Below are positions 20,609-30,238 of a DNA stretch of 64,000 nt, one piece after another. The translations under genes were made by a program, and so were the position numbers. The stretch is from contig CAYNPH010000009.1 of the NCBI GenBank assembly GCA_964399035.1, forward strand, positions 73,846-137,845, read 5' to 3'. Origin of the DNA: an uncultured Desulfurococcaceae archaeon. Lineage in GTDB: Archaea > Thermoproteota > Thermoprotei_A > Sulfolobales > NBVN01. How positions within the stretch are numbered: position 1 is the first letter of the stretch; each line of letters opens with the position of its first letter. Under the pieces are notes generated by a model. It was not told the DNA's origin, did no database searches, and saw nothing but the letters and a program-made list of their open reading frames with translations.

Positions 20609-21978
20609 TCCTTCTTCCTGGGGTAGATGTAATCCTTAGGCGCTTTGTTAAAGGGTTCTAGGTACTTCCTCAGAACCTTCGGTATTTCCACAACTCCGTC
20701 CTCTTTCTGATAGTTTTCTAGAATAGCAGTTATCGTTCTAGTGCTTGCTATCGCTGTCGAGTTTAGCATATGTACGAAATCCCTAATCATCCCCTTTCTC
20801 CTGAGGTACTTTACGTTCAGCTTGTATGCCTGCCAGTCAAGGACGTTGCTACAGCTTACTAGTTCCCTAAACTTACCCTGTGCTGGGTACCATGCCTCCA
20901 AGTCGTACTTCATGGCGGCACGCAGGTTGAGTTCGCCCGAAGCAATGTTGACTATCCTAAACGGTATTCCGAGACCCTTGTAGAGTTCCTCAGCATTGCC
21001 TATGAGGAGATCGAATACTTCCCAGCTTTGCTCTGGTAGGGTGTACGCGAATTGCTCGACTTTATGGAACTGATGAACCCTGAATATTCCTTTAATGTCC
21101 CTGTTAGCTGCTCCGGCCTCCTTACGGAAGCACGGGCTTACACCCACGTACAGTAGCGGGAGGTCCTCCTCCGGTATTACCTCACCCGCATGAAGTGCTG
21201 CTAGCGGGTGCTCAGCCGTCGCTATTAAGTATAGGTCCTCACCGTCTATTTTGTAGAGGGCGTCCTTAAATGCCTCAAACTCCTCGACCGCCCGCATGTA
21301 CTTGCCTTTGAGGAAGTATGGTGGGAGGACTAGCGTGAATCCTTTACTCGTTAGGTAGTCTATAGCGTATGAGAGGAGCGCCATGTCTAGCCAGACCAGG
21401 TCGTCGAAGAGGTAGTAGAACCTGGAACCTGCTACTTCACCAGCTTTTAGTGTGTCGCCAAGCCTCAGCACGTTTTCGAGCATATCCGCGTGACCCACTA
21501 TCTCCCTATCAGTAACCTCGTACTCCATCCTAACGCCCTTGCCCTCGGTCTCGGCGAGGAAGTCCTTGAGATGCTTGCGCTGTACTAAGGCCTTACCCCA
21601 TACCCTGACAACTGCGTTATATGAGTCGTCAGGCCCTATGGGTACAGACTCATGAAGCAAGCTGGGCATCTGATCGAGTATCTGCTTTCTTCGAGTTTCA
21701 GCCTCCTTCAGCTTTGCTTCATACTCTCCTATTTCTTTCAGCAGTTCCTTAGCCTTGGCTATTAATTCGCTCCTCTCTTCGGGCTTAGCCTTCGCTATGC
21801 GTGAACTTATTACATTGTGTTCGTGTCTGAGCTTATTCAACTCCGTCTGCAACCTACGCCACTCAGCGTCGACCCTCAGGAACTCATCCACTAGGCTAGG
21901 ATCCATGAACCTTTTCCTGAGGTTCTCCCTCATTAAGTCCGGGTTCGTTCTCAGTGTTTGTAGGACGGACCAAGGCAC
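20605..21978 (-). CDS. serS: Seryl-tRNA synthetase
   Basis: 457 aa with an N-terminal coiled-coil arm and a class II core (FRKEAG, GELNLRAAMKYDLEAW). GTG start with GAGGTGG upstream. Confidence 0.9.
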   Translation of the reverse strand: MPWSVLQTLRTNPDLMRENLRKRFMDPSLVDEFLRVDAEWRRLQTELNKLRHEHNVISSRIAKAKPEERSELIAKAKELLKEIGEYEAKLKEAETRRKQILDQMPSLLHESVPIGPDDSYNAVVRVWGKALVQRKHLKDFLAETEGKGVRMEYEVTDREIVGHADMLENVLRLGDTLKAGEVAGSRFYYLFDDLVWLDMALLSYAIDYLTSKGFTLVLPPYFLKGKYMRAVEEFEAFKDALYKIDGEDLYLIATAEHPLAALHAGEVIPEEDLPLLYVGVSPCFRKEAGAANRDIKGIFRVHQFHKVEQFAYTLPEQSWEVFDLLIGNAEELYKGLGIPFRIVNIASGELNLRAAMKYDLEAWYPAQGKFRELVSCSNVLDWQAYKLNVKYLRRKGMIRDFVHMLNSTAIASTRTITAILENYQKEDGVVEIPKVLRKYLEPFNKAPKDYIYPRKKD

Positions 21979-22084
21979 CTAAATCCACCTCTTTACTCTC
22001 ACTAGGCTAAGTCTGAACCTAAAGATATATCTCTTTTCCGGTCGCTTAACGTGCCTTACTACTGGAAACCTTTATTTCTCTTTA

Positions 22085-24928
22085 TTAAGACTTCCAGAAT
22101 CTCCTAGTCCTTATAAAGTTCCTCTCAAGGTCATACAGACCCATATAGAACTCCAAGCCCTCCTTACCTAAAACCCTCTTCGCCGTACTTGGACCCACGC
22201 CATACATGGCAAGCGCCTCAACTGCCTTTCTACCATACGTCAGCACAAGCTTTGCAGAATCAAGCAATTCCTCGAAAACCCTCCTTTCCTCACCGCTCAA
22301 CACAAACTTGTAATTACGTCCTCCACTCAATCCCTTCCTAGCTATGCCTAACACGCGTTCCCTGTCCTTCCCGAAGTACGGCGCTACTAAGCCGCAACCG
22401 CATTTAGGACATGTGATGCGTTCGGGGAGTTCTTTTACCTTAGCTACCCAAGTATGTGTGCACATCATGCATATCATGTACGCCTCCTTAGCCTGAATTC
22501 TCCTCTTAACTAATTCCGCTAACGTACTGCTAGGTAGCACGCTGGAGCGTACAACGCCAGCTACTATCTGACCAGCGTATCTCAGCAGATCACTCGCGAT
22601 GACTGAGGGTTTCATTAGGGACACGTAAGTTAGCTTCACTGATCCGTTGCGAAGCTTCCGTGATAGGGTCATGACGTGATCCTTGTCTAGAAACCTAACA
22701 TATATCTCGTTGAAGGCCTCCCTTGATACAATCTCGTCCTTACCGTACCGCTTGACTAGGGCCTTAACAACTTCTGAACTAGCGTCGGCAGGTATAACGC
22801 CCATACGTCGGAGGACTCTGGAAACAACCACTAAGTACATGGATGTATTGCTTACTGCAGTATTCAGTTCCTCAAGTATTCTGGGGTTCCTCAGCGTTTC
22901 ACTGATTATGTTCCTCACAATGGCGTACTCACCCTTGCCTGAGAGGTGCGATATGCTCCCGGTAAGCAGTACTATGCCGTAGGGAGTGATCGTGAACCCT
23001 ACTCTACGTCCTAAGTACTTACTTAACACGTAAGATAGCAGTATTGCTAAGGCTCTGTTACCTCGCGTGCCCAAGCATGCATGAATCACTATTAAACCTT
23101 CATTACCTATTATCTCCACTACGATGTTCCGCTCGCTCGGTAAGGGCGCTCCTGAGGATGTATGCTGGGTTAGTATTCTCTTTAGTCCCTCAATAACGTC
23201 CTTTTCCGCTATCCTCGCTATATCCTGCATAACGTACCCCATAGCAAGTAGCCGCCTATTCGCGCACACCTCCCTGGCAACCCGGTAGTGCACCGGTATG
23301 CTCTCCCCGCGCCAGAATGGTACCTCGGCCTCACTTATTGACACTGGTGGCTCAACGTACACTTTCTTTTCGTCGTCATCAACCCCGACGATCCTCCACG
23401 CCCTGCCAGAGAGTATGACGAATTTACCGTTTTCATCGTACTTCCTCTCATCCATCAGCATGACTATGAAATCCTCATCAAAGTAGCCGATTTTCTTCAT
23501 AGACGTTAAGTCCACAACGTCATACCTGGGCGCGTCAACTATCATCGTCGTCCTTAAGTAATAGAGCTTCCCACGCTTAGTTGCTCTGAAGGAGCCCCCT
23601 TCAAACCTCACGTATCTTAGCCTACTGAGGAATTTTGTTAAAGATACTACGTCGTCCTCGCTCAGATTCATGAACGGGTAGGATCTCCTCAGTACATCGC
23701 ATGCCTTCTTAGGGGTGTAACCTCCCTCTAAAGCCATCCCAACAAGGACGTGGGCCAACACATCTAAGGGGTTCTTGTACGCGTCTACTGGCTCAACTTC
23801 GCCTTTGATCGATCTTCGCCCTATGATTAGGGCTTCAAGTGCCTCATGGAGTATGTCACGCACTATTAAGTATCCATGTGCGACCCCACTAACGTAGTGT
23901 CTCGACCTACCTATTCTTTGCAGGAACTTAGTTACCTGCTTGGGTGACCCAACCTGTATTACGGCGTCGATATGTCCTATATCTATACCTAGCTCTAAGC
24001 TAGATGTGCAGACCACAGCGTTGATCTTCCCTTCACGTAATCCTTCCTCGACTTCCTTTCTCTCCTTCTTGGAGAGAGAGCCGTGATGCACGCGTATCTT
24101 TAAGCCTAGTCCGTGACGCTCGACGTACGTTATGAGTTTATTACCAAGCATTTCAGCTTCATCCCTAGTGTTAGTAAATATTAGGACACGTCCATGCTTG
24201 CGTATCTTATCAACTATCCTCCTGACGATGTCCGTGTACCTTCCTGGCCCAGAGACCTCCACCTTAATCTCAGCTTGCCTCGCACCGTGGACAACGACCT
24301 CCTCAACAACCTTACCTGGTGCGAGAGCCTCGGATGCCGCCCTAACATTGCCTATGCTAGCTGATAAGGCTATACGTTGAAAGGCACCTGCAAGTTCTCT
24401 TAGGCGTTCAAGATCCGCAAGTAAGTGAGCCCCTCTCTTGCTTCCTAGTAACTCGTGGAACTCATCAATAATGACCCACCTCACGTTCCTTAGGTGTGTG
24501 CGCATCGCTTCATTTACTAGCATTATTGAAAGGGTTTCAGGCGTGGTTATCAGAATATGGGGTGGGTTACTGGCTATCATCCTCCTAGCGTAGCCTGACG
24601 TATCGCCGTGCCTTATGGCTACCTTAATCTTAAGGGCTTTGCAGATGCTCTCGATTCGGCGGAACATGTCTCGGTTTAACGCCCTCAACGGCGTTATGTA
24701 AAGCACTGCTATGGGCTTCACGGGCCGGTTAGCTGAAACTATCCTTGATAGGACAGGGAGCAAAGCCGCTTCAGTTTTTCCGCTTCCTGTAGGTGCTACT
24801 ATGAGTGTGTGCCTACCACTGAGTATCCTAGGTATCGCCTGCCCTTGAACTTCCGTGAGTTCCTTGATGCCCGCCTTCCTCGCTACATCAGCAACTCGGC
24901 TATTCAGGTACTTCCAGCCGTCGCTCAT
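22085..24928 (-). CDS. lhr: Lhr-type superfamily 2 DNA/RNA helicase with C-terminal zinc ribbon
   Basis: 947 aa. Motifs: motif I APTGSGKTEAA, motif II IIDEFHEL (DExH), motif VI LQRIGRSRH. The long C-terminal extension contains CMMCTH...CPKCGC. Confidence 0.8.
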   Translation of the reverse strand: MSDGWKYLNSRVADVARKAGIKELTEVQGQAIPRILSGRHTLIVAPTGSGKTEAALLPVLSRIVSANRPVKPIAVLYITPLRALNRDMFRRIESICKALKIKVAIRHGDTSGYARRMIASNPPHILITTPETLSIMLVNEAMRTHLRNVRWVIIDEFHELLGSKRGAHLLADLERLRELAGAFQRIALSASIGNVRAASEALAPGKVVEEVVVHGARQAEIKVEVSGPGRYTDIVRRIVDKIRKHGRVLIFTNTRDEAEMLGNKLITYVERHGLGLKIRVHHGSLSKKERKEVEEGLREGKINAVVCTSSLELGIDIGHIDAVIQVGSPKQVTKFLQRIGRSRHYVSGVAHGYLIVRDILHEALEALIIGRRSIKGEVEPVDAYKNPLDVLAHVLVGMALEGGYTPKKACDVLRRSYPFMNLSEDDVVSLTKFLSRLRYVRFEGGSFRATKRGKLYYLRTTMIVDAPRYDVVDLTSMKKIGYFDEDFIVMLMDERKYDENGKFVILSGRAWRIVGVDDDEKKVYVEPPVSISEAEVPFWRGESIPVHYRVAREVCANRRLLAMGYVMQDIARIAEKDVIEGLKRILTQHTSSGAPLPSERNIVVEIIGNEGLIVIHACLGTRGNRALAILLSYVLSKYLGRRVGFTITPYGIVLLTGSISHLSGKGEYAIVRNIISETLRNPRILEELNTAVSNTSMYLVVVSRVLRRMGVIPADASSEVVKALVKRYGKDEIVSREAFNEIYVRFLDKDHVMTLSRKLRNGSVKLTYVSLMKPSVIASDLLRYAGQIVAGVVRSSVLPSSTLAELVKRRIQAKEAYMICMMCTHTWVAKVKELPERITCPKCGCGLVAPYFGKDRERVLGIARKGLSGGRNYKFVLSGEERRVFEELLDSAKLVLTYGRKAVEALAMYGVGPSTAKRVLGKEGLEFYMGLYDLERNFIRTRRFWKS

Positions 24929-24991
24929 GTCGTGAGCACACCTTCCTGTAACACGTGTTTCTATTCACACCCTCATCTATGGAGTCTTTAG

Positions 24992-25001
24992 CCTTATAAT
25001 A
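24992..25001. promoter_or_regulatory. TATA-like box in the lhr / membrane-ATPase divergent intergenic region
   Basis: ccttataata is centred about 37 nt upstream of TTG 25034. It lies in the 105-nt spacer shared with lhr (ATG 24928, minus strand). Confidence 0.3.
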
Positions 25002-25033
25002 CCGTAATACAAGCTCTTCCATGGATAAGCACC

Positions 25034-26719
25034 TTGAGAGACCATAGCATAGTCGTCACAGCGCTCGCATTGACTGTAGTAAATGTGTTAGCGTACTATG
25101 CTAGTACAGGGTTAGGGTACCTAGTGTTCATGGGTGTGGCTTCCTCATGGCTTCTCGCGGGTTTAGGCGGGTATATTGCTGGCAGGTCACGGCACCTCAT
25201 ACTAGTAGTTATTGAAGGCCTAGCACTCATGACCTTAGCCGTCATCTCTACTCCGCCACTAACCTCGAGCCGGTATGTAGCCCAATCAGTGGCAATCATA
25301 GCAACAGCGTACATGTTAGGTGTGGTTAGTGGGGCCTCACTCTCAGCTCGTAACCCAACCGTTCATCACATACCATCCGCTAAAACGTGGGATGTTAGAC
25401 TGATTATGCCGATATTCATTGGAGGACTAGGCGTGGCGATCCTTATTAGGGGGGTTTGCGAGTACTTCACCTGCCCGCTTCCTCTTCCTCAAAATAGCAT
25501 TGGTCTCTATGCTACAATGGTTGCTTGGGTAGCGAGCGCGTTACTAACTTCGGCCTTACTGGCGAGTCATGAAGTGAGGTTCCCTGCATCCTTGCTAGTT
25601 ACCGGCCTCGTAACCCTGCTCTCACCCTTGACCTTACCCATACCTGTCGTGCTTGAGGGACTAAAACATCAAGAGACAGGAGCAAATATCAACGAGTGCA
25701 TAATGTTGGGAAGAACCGTCAAAATCATTAGGAAGCAGAGTAAAGGTAGGCAAGTCCCATGCCTTACCTTCAAGATGGGAGAGAACAACCACATGGTAAT
25801 CACGGGTTCTTCGGGAACGGGTAAAACGCATGCCGCTAAGCGATTAATTAGTGAGTCTATGAAAAGAAACCTAAGCGTACTCGTTCTCGATGTGCATGGA
25901 GAGTACGCAACATTGCCTGCAGCTAAGGTAATTAACCCAGCTGAAAACCCCATTAATTTGTTAGCTAGGTTTGATAAGTCACCCGCTGTACGGGCTGAGG
26001 AAGTGGCCGACCTTATCGCCTCAGCTTTCAGGTTAGGGAATGTACAGAAGTCCGTTCTACAACACATGATAATCTACGCGTATAAACTATTCGATAACCC
26101 CAAGGTAACAGACCTACTCGATATAGCATCCGATCCTCGCGCTCCTGAGTACTTAGGCTTTAGCAAAGACGTCATTCGGTCGTTGATCCCTTATTTAAAG
26201 ACCCTCTCCGGCCTGGAAAGCAAGGTTGAGTGGCTCGAACCATCAGAGCTTAGTGAGGGTCTAATCGTGGCGGACCTCTCTAGAGTTGAGAGCCTCTCGC
26301 TCCAGATCATATATCTTGAGGCGTTAGTTCATATGCTCTTTAATTACAGAAAATCGAGACCGCAACCAACCCTAGTCGTCGTTGAGGAGGCACATAGATT
26401 TATAACAAGGAATAGGGCGAGCATACTGACTAAGCTCTTCCGCGAAGGCCGGAAGTTCGGTATAAACGTAATTGCTATCACCCAAGAACCATACTCCCTA
26501 GAGCCTGCGGCCCTAAATAACTGCGGTTACGTACTCAGCCTGCAACTCACGGAGGAGCGAGCAACCTCAACGATAGCGAGGCTCATGGCTGGAGGGAATG
26601 ATAAACATTTCAAAAAGATACGGGGTCTGCTAGCCGAACTGGATAAATTTGAGTGCCTCCTTTGGGTAAGGGGCGGTGATGTCTTCTTGCTAAGACTACC
26701 TAGTTTGCCGAATAACTAA
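25034..26719 (+). CDS. Polytopic-membrane HerA/FtsK/VirB4-like P-loop ATPase (about 7 TM N-domain fused to a DUF87-like ATPase)
   Basis: 561 aa. Residues about 1-210 form about 7 hydrophobic helices. The C-terminal half has Walker A HMVITGSSGTGKTH (nt about 25805-25828), Walker B TLVVVEEAHRF, then FREGRKFGINVIAITQEP, the HerA/FtsK-type arrangement. The start is uncertain (TTG 25034). Confidence 0.7.
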   Translation: MRDHSIVVTALALTVVNVLAYYASTGLGYLVFMGVASSWLLAGLGGYIAGRSRHLILVVIEGLALMTLAVISTPPLTSSRYVAQSVAIIATAYMLGVVSGASLSARNPTVHHIPSAKTWDVRLIMPIFIGGLGVAILIRGVCEYFTCPLPLPQNSIGLYATMVAWVASALLTSALLASHEVRFPASLLVTGLVTLLSPLTLPIPVVLEGLKHQETGANINECIMLGRTVKIIRKQSKGRQVPCLTFKMGENNHMVITGSSGTGKTHAAKRLISESMKRNLSVLVLDVHGEYATLPAAKVINPAENPINLLARFDKSPAVRAEEVADLIASAFRLGNVQKSVLQHMIIYAYKLFDNPKVTDLLDIASDPRAPEYLGFSKDVIRSLIPYLKTLSGLESKVEWLEPSELSEGLIVADLSRVESLSLQIIYLEALVHMLFNYRKSRPQPTLVVVEEAHRFITRNRASILTKLFREGRKFGINVIAITQEPYSLEPAALNNCGYVLSLQLTEERATSTIARLMAGGNDKHFKKIRGLLAELDKFECLLWVRGGDVFLLRLPSLPNN

Positions 26720-26775
26720 GGAAGCTTATTGTAAAACTTAAAATGAGTTAACGCACCACATCTGAAGGGGCTAGC

Positions 26776-27105
26776 TTGCCAGAGGAGGAACCAACGCCCG
26801 GAATCCCAGAGGAGGAAAGCGCTGAGAGCTTAGAGAAGATGAGTGAGGTTCTTGAGAAAGAAAGTGGAGAGGAGGAAACTAGCGAATACTTGTTTGAGGA
26901 TGAGGAACCCTCCACCTCAACCTCCCTTGATGTTCGGGCATTAGAGGCTATGATAGTCATAAGTGACCTCTTAGTTCAAGCAATCAAGGAAAACCTTGAT
27001 CCGAAAGAAATAGCTGAAAGAATACGTAAGGTGCAAGAAACACTGCTTAGGCCCCGCAGGAGGAAAACACGAAAACAATCATCTAAGCGCGCGAGAACCC
27101 GTTAA
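26776..27105 (+). CDS. Hypothetical protein, acidic N-terminus and basic C-terminal tail
   Basis: 109-aa ORF with a TTG start. PEEEPTPGIPEEESAESLEKM...EDEEPSTS is followed by RPRRRKTRKQSSKRARTR. It sits directly downstream of the membrane ATPase. Coding status is uncertain. Confidence 0.35.
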   Translation: MPEEEPTPGIPEEESAESLEKMSEVLEKESGEEETSEYLFEDEEPSTSTSLDVRALEAMIVISDLLVQAIKENLDPKEIAERIRKVQETLLRPRRRKTRKQSSKRARTR

Positions 27106-27122
27106 TCTATTGAAGATCGCCG

Positions 27123-27488
27123 TTACGAGCCGCTGAGCTTCTCTACTAATCGCTCCAGCTCGTCTTGATCAACACGTTTATCGAAGACCACTGTAACTAT
27201 CCTAGCATCACCGCTTTTTGCAAGTTTTATTTTATCAACGACTACTAGGCCTCTTATAAGGTCAGCTTCCCTTTTCCTAGGGGATATGTACTCCTTAAAC
27301 TTCTTCCGCATCATCTCATAGAAGACATCGAAATTACTTATGATTCTGATCGCGTCATCTAAATCATCAGTGTCACGCCCCCACTCATTACGTATCAATT
27401 CAAGCAGTGATACTACTTCCTCGGGACTTCCCTCAACATATATGTAACCGAAGGGAGACCTAGAAACCCTCAACACCAAATTAGACAC
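27123..27488 (-). CDS. Hypothetical protein
   Basis: 121-aa ORF with a balanced, non-repetitive composition, divergent from pcn. No family was recognised. Confidence 0.4.
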   Translation of the reverse strand: MSNLVLRVSRSPFGYIYVEGSPEEVVSLLELIRNEWGRDTDDLDDAIRIISNFDVFYEMMRKKFKEYISPRKREADLIRGLVVVDKIKLAKSGDARIVTVVFDKRVDQDELERLVEKLSGS

Positions 27489-27604
27489 CGTTAATAGGGT
27501 GGCTTAACGATAATATTTTCTTCCAACACAGGACAACAATTTCCATTTCCTTGGAGGGAAGCAAACTTATAGCTTCTATGAAGACCCTATAAATAGGTGT
27601 TAGT

Positions 27605-28357
27605 GTGTTTACTGTGAAGTACCCTGACGGAGCACTATTTAAGCGCTTAACCTACGGTTCGTTAAAGCCCCTTAGTGAGGTACCGTTAAGCGTGACTAGT
27701 GACTCATTCCTGATCAGGGCACTGAGTCCTGACAAGAACCTCCTAGTGGAGGTGTATATCCCGAGCACCGCCTTCGAGACGTACGACGTCACTAGCGACG
27801 CACTCCTAACCCTGGACCGCGACGAATTCTCCAAGGCTGTTAGGAAGGGCACGAAGCGAGACACGGTGACTCTCCGTTATGAGGACGGGGCTAGGCACCT
27901 AATATTCACGCTAACGAACACGAAGACTGGGGCTGAACGAACGTACCAGATCACGGTATTAGAGACCGGGCGGGAGTTGATACAGTCGCTGGACTTGGAC
28001 CTGCCTGTTAGAATGCAGATGGAGTCTAAGGACTTCAAGAAGATCATAGCGGATGCGAAAATCATAGGTGACGAGCTTGAAATATCATATAACTCTGGGG
28101 AAGTGACGGTCAAGAGTGTTTCCGAGGGGAGGATGTTCGAGGAGAAGCTATCGCTTGATAAACCACTTCTCTCTTTAGAGTCTAGGGAAGACGCTGCGTC
28201 TAGTAAGTACGACCTAGATCTACTGAAGTCCATAGCCTCAACTTTGGAAGCTGCTGATGTAGTCACTATTGAGTTCGGTGCGGGTTTACCCATGAGGGTA
28301 GCCCTAGCAACGGAGGACGGGGCTCGGGTAACGTTCTGGATAGCGCCGCGTGCATAG
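27605..28357 (+). CDS. pcn: DNA polymerase sliding clamp (PCNA)
   Basis: 250 aa. The N-terminus MFTVKYPDGALFKRL...DSFLIRALSPDKNLLVEVYIPSTAFETYDV and the two-domain length are typical of archaeal PCNA. GTG start. Confidence 0.85.
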   Translation: MFTVKYPDGALFKRLTYGSLKPLSEVPLSVTSDSFLIRALSPDKNLLVEVYIPSTAFETYDVTSDALLTLDRDEFSKAVRKGTKRDTVTLRYEDGARHLIFTLTNTKTGAERTYQITVLETGRELIQSLDLDLPVRMQMESKDFKKIIADAKIIGDELEISYNSGEVTVKSVSEGRMFEEKLSLDKPLLSLESREDAASSKYDLDLLKSIASTLEAADVVTIEFGAGLPMRVALATEDGARVTFWIAPRA

Positions 28358-28394
28358 AAGGCTTGGAACCCTACTCTAATACGGTAAGCCAGGA

Positions 28395-28613
28395 TCACGT
28401 ATCCTTAATCTTAAAAATCATTTTAGAGAGCCTCGCTTCCGGCTCTTTATGAAGTTTTCCATCCCTTAGCATGTCCGCAAGTACCTTTCTCACTGCGAAT
28501 GGTGGTATTCCCTGTGCTAAGAGCTTCCTTATTATTTGTTCCGTAGTGAGTCCCTCTGGGTGATCTCCTATTAGGCTTGTTATGGTCTCCACTAGGTCTG
28601 CAGGGTAATTCAT
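28395..28613 (-). CDS. Small winged-helix-like protein
   Basis: 72 aa. HPEGLTTEQIIRKLLAQGIPPFAVRKVLADMLRDGKL. It overlaps the upstream aminotransferase gene by 4 nt. Confidence 0.45.
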   Translation of the reverse strand: MNYPADLVETITSLIGDHPEGLTTEQIIRKLLAQGIPPFAVRKVLADMLRDGKLHKEPEARLSKMIFKIKDT

Positions 28614-29959
28614 GGTTTAATACCTGATATCTCCTTATTTACTTCCTTCAATACGCTCTCTATGACGTCCATTCCTTTCTGAGCTAGTTCCTCGCTTATT
28701 ACTAGTGGCGGTGAGAGCCTTATTGTGGAGAATCCTGCCCCTATTACCGCGACGCCGCGCTTGAAGCACGTGTTGATTACCTTCGCCAACTCCTTACTGG
28801 CGTATTCTTTCGTCTTCCTATCACGCACTAACTCTATGCCTATCATTAAGCCTTTACCCCTAACATCACCTACTATCTCGTACTGCTCCTTCCACTCCAT
28901 AGCCCTCTTGAGTAAGGACTCGCCAACCTTTGCCGCGTTCTCCAGTAGTTTCTCCTCGCGAATTATGTCGATGACCTCGCTGGCTGCTGCTAGCGCTACC
29001 GGGTTACCGCCAAAGGTGCTAGCATGTGATCCGGCTGGCAGATTCATTACGTCTTCCCTCCCAGCAACAACGCCTAAGGGTATCCCGGATGCCACTGCCT
29101 TAGCCATCGTTATTATGTCTGGCTTAACTCCCCAGTGCTCTATGGCGAACCACTTACCCGTCCTGCCCATACCAGCCTGTACCTCATCATCAACTAGGAG
29201 AATGTCGTATTGACTTGTTAACTTCCTCAGCTTGGGGAAGAAGTCGTCCGGAGGAACGACGTAACCTCCCTCTCCCTGTATAGGCTCAACGAACACTGCG
29301 GCAACCTCGTTCGGGTCAACCATCCTCCGGAATACCCACTCCTCTAAGAACCCTATTACCGCATCGCCGCACTTGTCGGGATCGACGTTGAAGGGGCACC
29401 TGTAAGGATACGGGTATGGAACGTGTATTACCCCAGAGATCAACGGCTGGAAGCCTTTCCGCTGCACTGGCTTACTAGCTGTTAATGCCATAGCACCGGT
29501 AGTCCTTCCGTGGAACGCACCTATGAACGCTATCACGTATGGTCGCTTACCTTCCGCCCTTCCTCTAGATATCTTTATTGACGCCTCGATAGTCTCAGCA
29601 CCACTATTTGCGAAGAAGAACTTCTTACCGCCTTCTATAGGGACGACCTTTGATAGCTTTTCGGCGTAGGTTACGGCTTCCTCATAGTAGAAGTCCGTTA
29701 ATGAGTAGTGAAGCAACTTCTCCGCCTGCCTCTTTATGGCGTTAACCACCCTAGGGTGTCCGTGCCCGACAGACATTACCGCTAACCCAGCATTCATGTC
29801 TAGGAAAAGATTCCCGTCAACATCTTCGATGACTACGCCATAGGCTCTCTTAGCAACCAGTGGGTACCACCTAACGAATGACTGCATAAGTAATCGTGAG
29901 TCCTTTTCCAGTAATTCCCTGGCTTTAGGTCCTGGGGGCTCAACCACTATTTTCGGCAC
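28610..29959 (-). CDS. Class III PLP aminotransferase (4-aminobutyrate / acetylornithine aminotransferase-like)
   Basis: 449 aa with FANSGAETIEASIK, LLVDDEVQAGMGRTGKWFA and the PLP-lysine context DIITMAKAVASG. Confidence 0.8.
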   Translation of the reverse strand: MPKIVVEPPGPKARELLEKDSRLLMQSFVRWYPLVAKRAYGVVIEDVDGNLFLDMNAGLAVMSVGHGHPRVVNAIKRQAEKLLHYSLTDFYYEEAVTYAEKLSKVVPIEGGKKFFFANSGAETIEASIKISRGRAEGKRPYVIAFIGAFHGRTTGAMALTASKPVQRKGFQPLISGVIHVPYPYPYRCPFNVDPDKCGDAVIGFLEEWVFRRMVDPNEVAAVFVEPIQGEGGYVVPPDDFFPKLRKLTSQYDILLVDDEVQAGMGRTGKWFAIEHWGVKPDIITMAKAVASGIPLGVVAGREDVMNLPAGSHASTFGGNPVALAAASEVIDIIREEKLLENAAKVGESLLKRAMEWKEQYEIVGDVRGKGLMIGIELVRDRKTKEYASKELAKVINTCFKRGVAVIGAGFSTIRLSPPLVISEELAQKGMDVIESVLKEVNKEISGIKP

Positions 29960-30096
29960 ATCCTCAGGCTTGTACCTATCGTAGTAGTAGAACAGGGTTT
30001 ACCACCAGTAACATATTATTCGGCTAGGTGTGAAAAAGTTTTAGCATCTTATCTAGCACGAGGTAAAATCGCCGGAACTCAAGGGAGATCTTCTCA

Positions 30097-30167
30097 GGGA
30101 TCAGACGGGGTGTCCCCTCCTCATTTACCGAGGGTAATCGTCGGCGGATAGGGCATCATCACATCCC
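30097..30167 (-). ncRNA. Candidate C/D box sRNA
   Basis: The minus strand reads GGGA-u-GUGAUGA(C)-ugcccuauccg-CCGA(D'?)-16 nt-AUGAGGA(C')-ggggacaccccgu-CUGA(D)-u-CCC. The C and D boxes are perfect and the 5'/3' terminal stem is GGGA/UCCC. It is intergenic, with no ORF. Weak points: a degenerate D', a long D'-C' spacer, and a self-complementary D guide. Confidence 0.4.
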
Positions 30168-30238
30168 ATCATTCAATATCCATAATGTAACTCAGGAGCC
30201 TCCTTCATAAAATATAATGATCACATACCCACACTATA

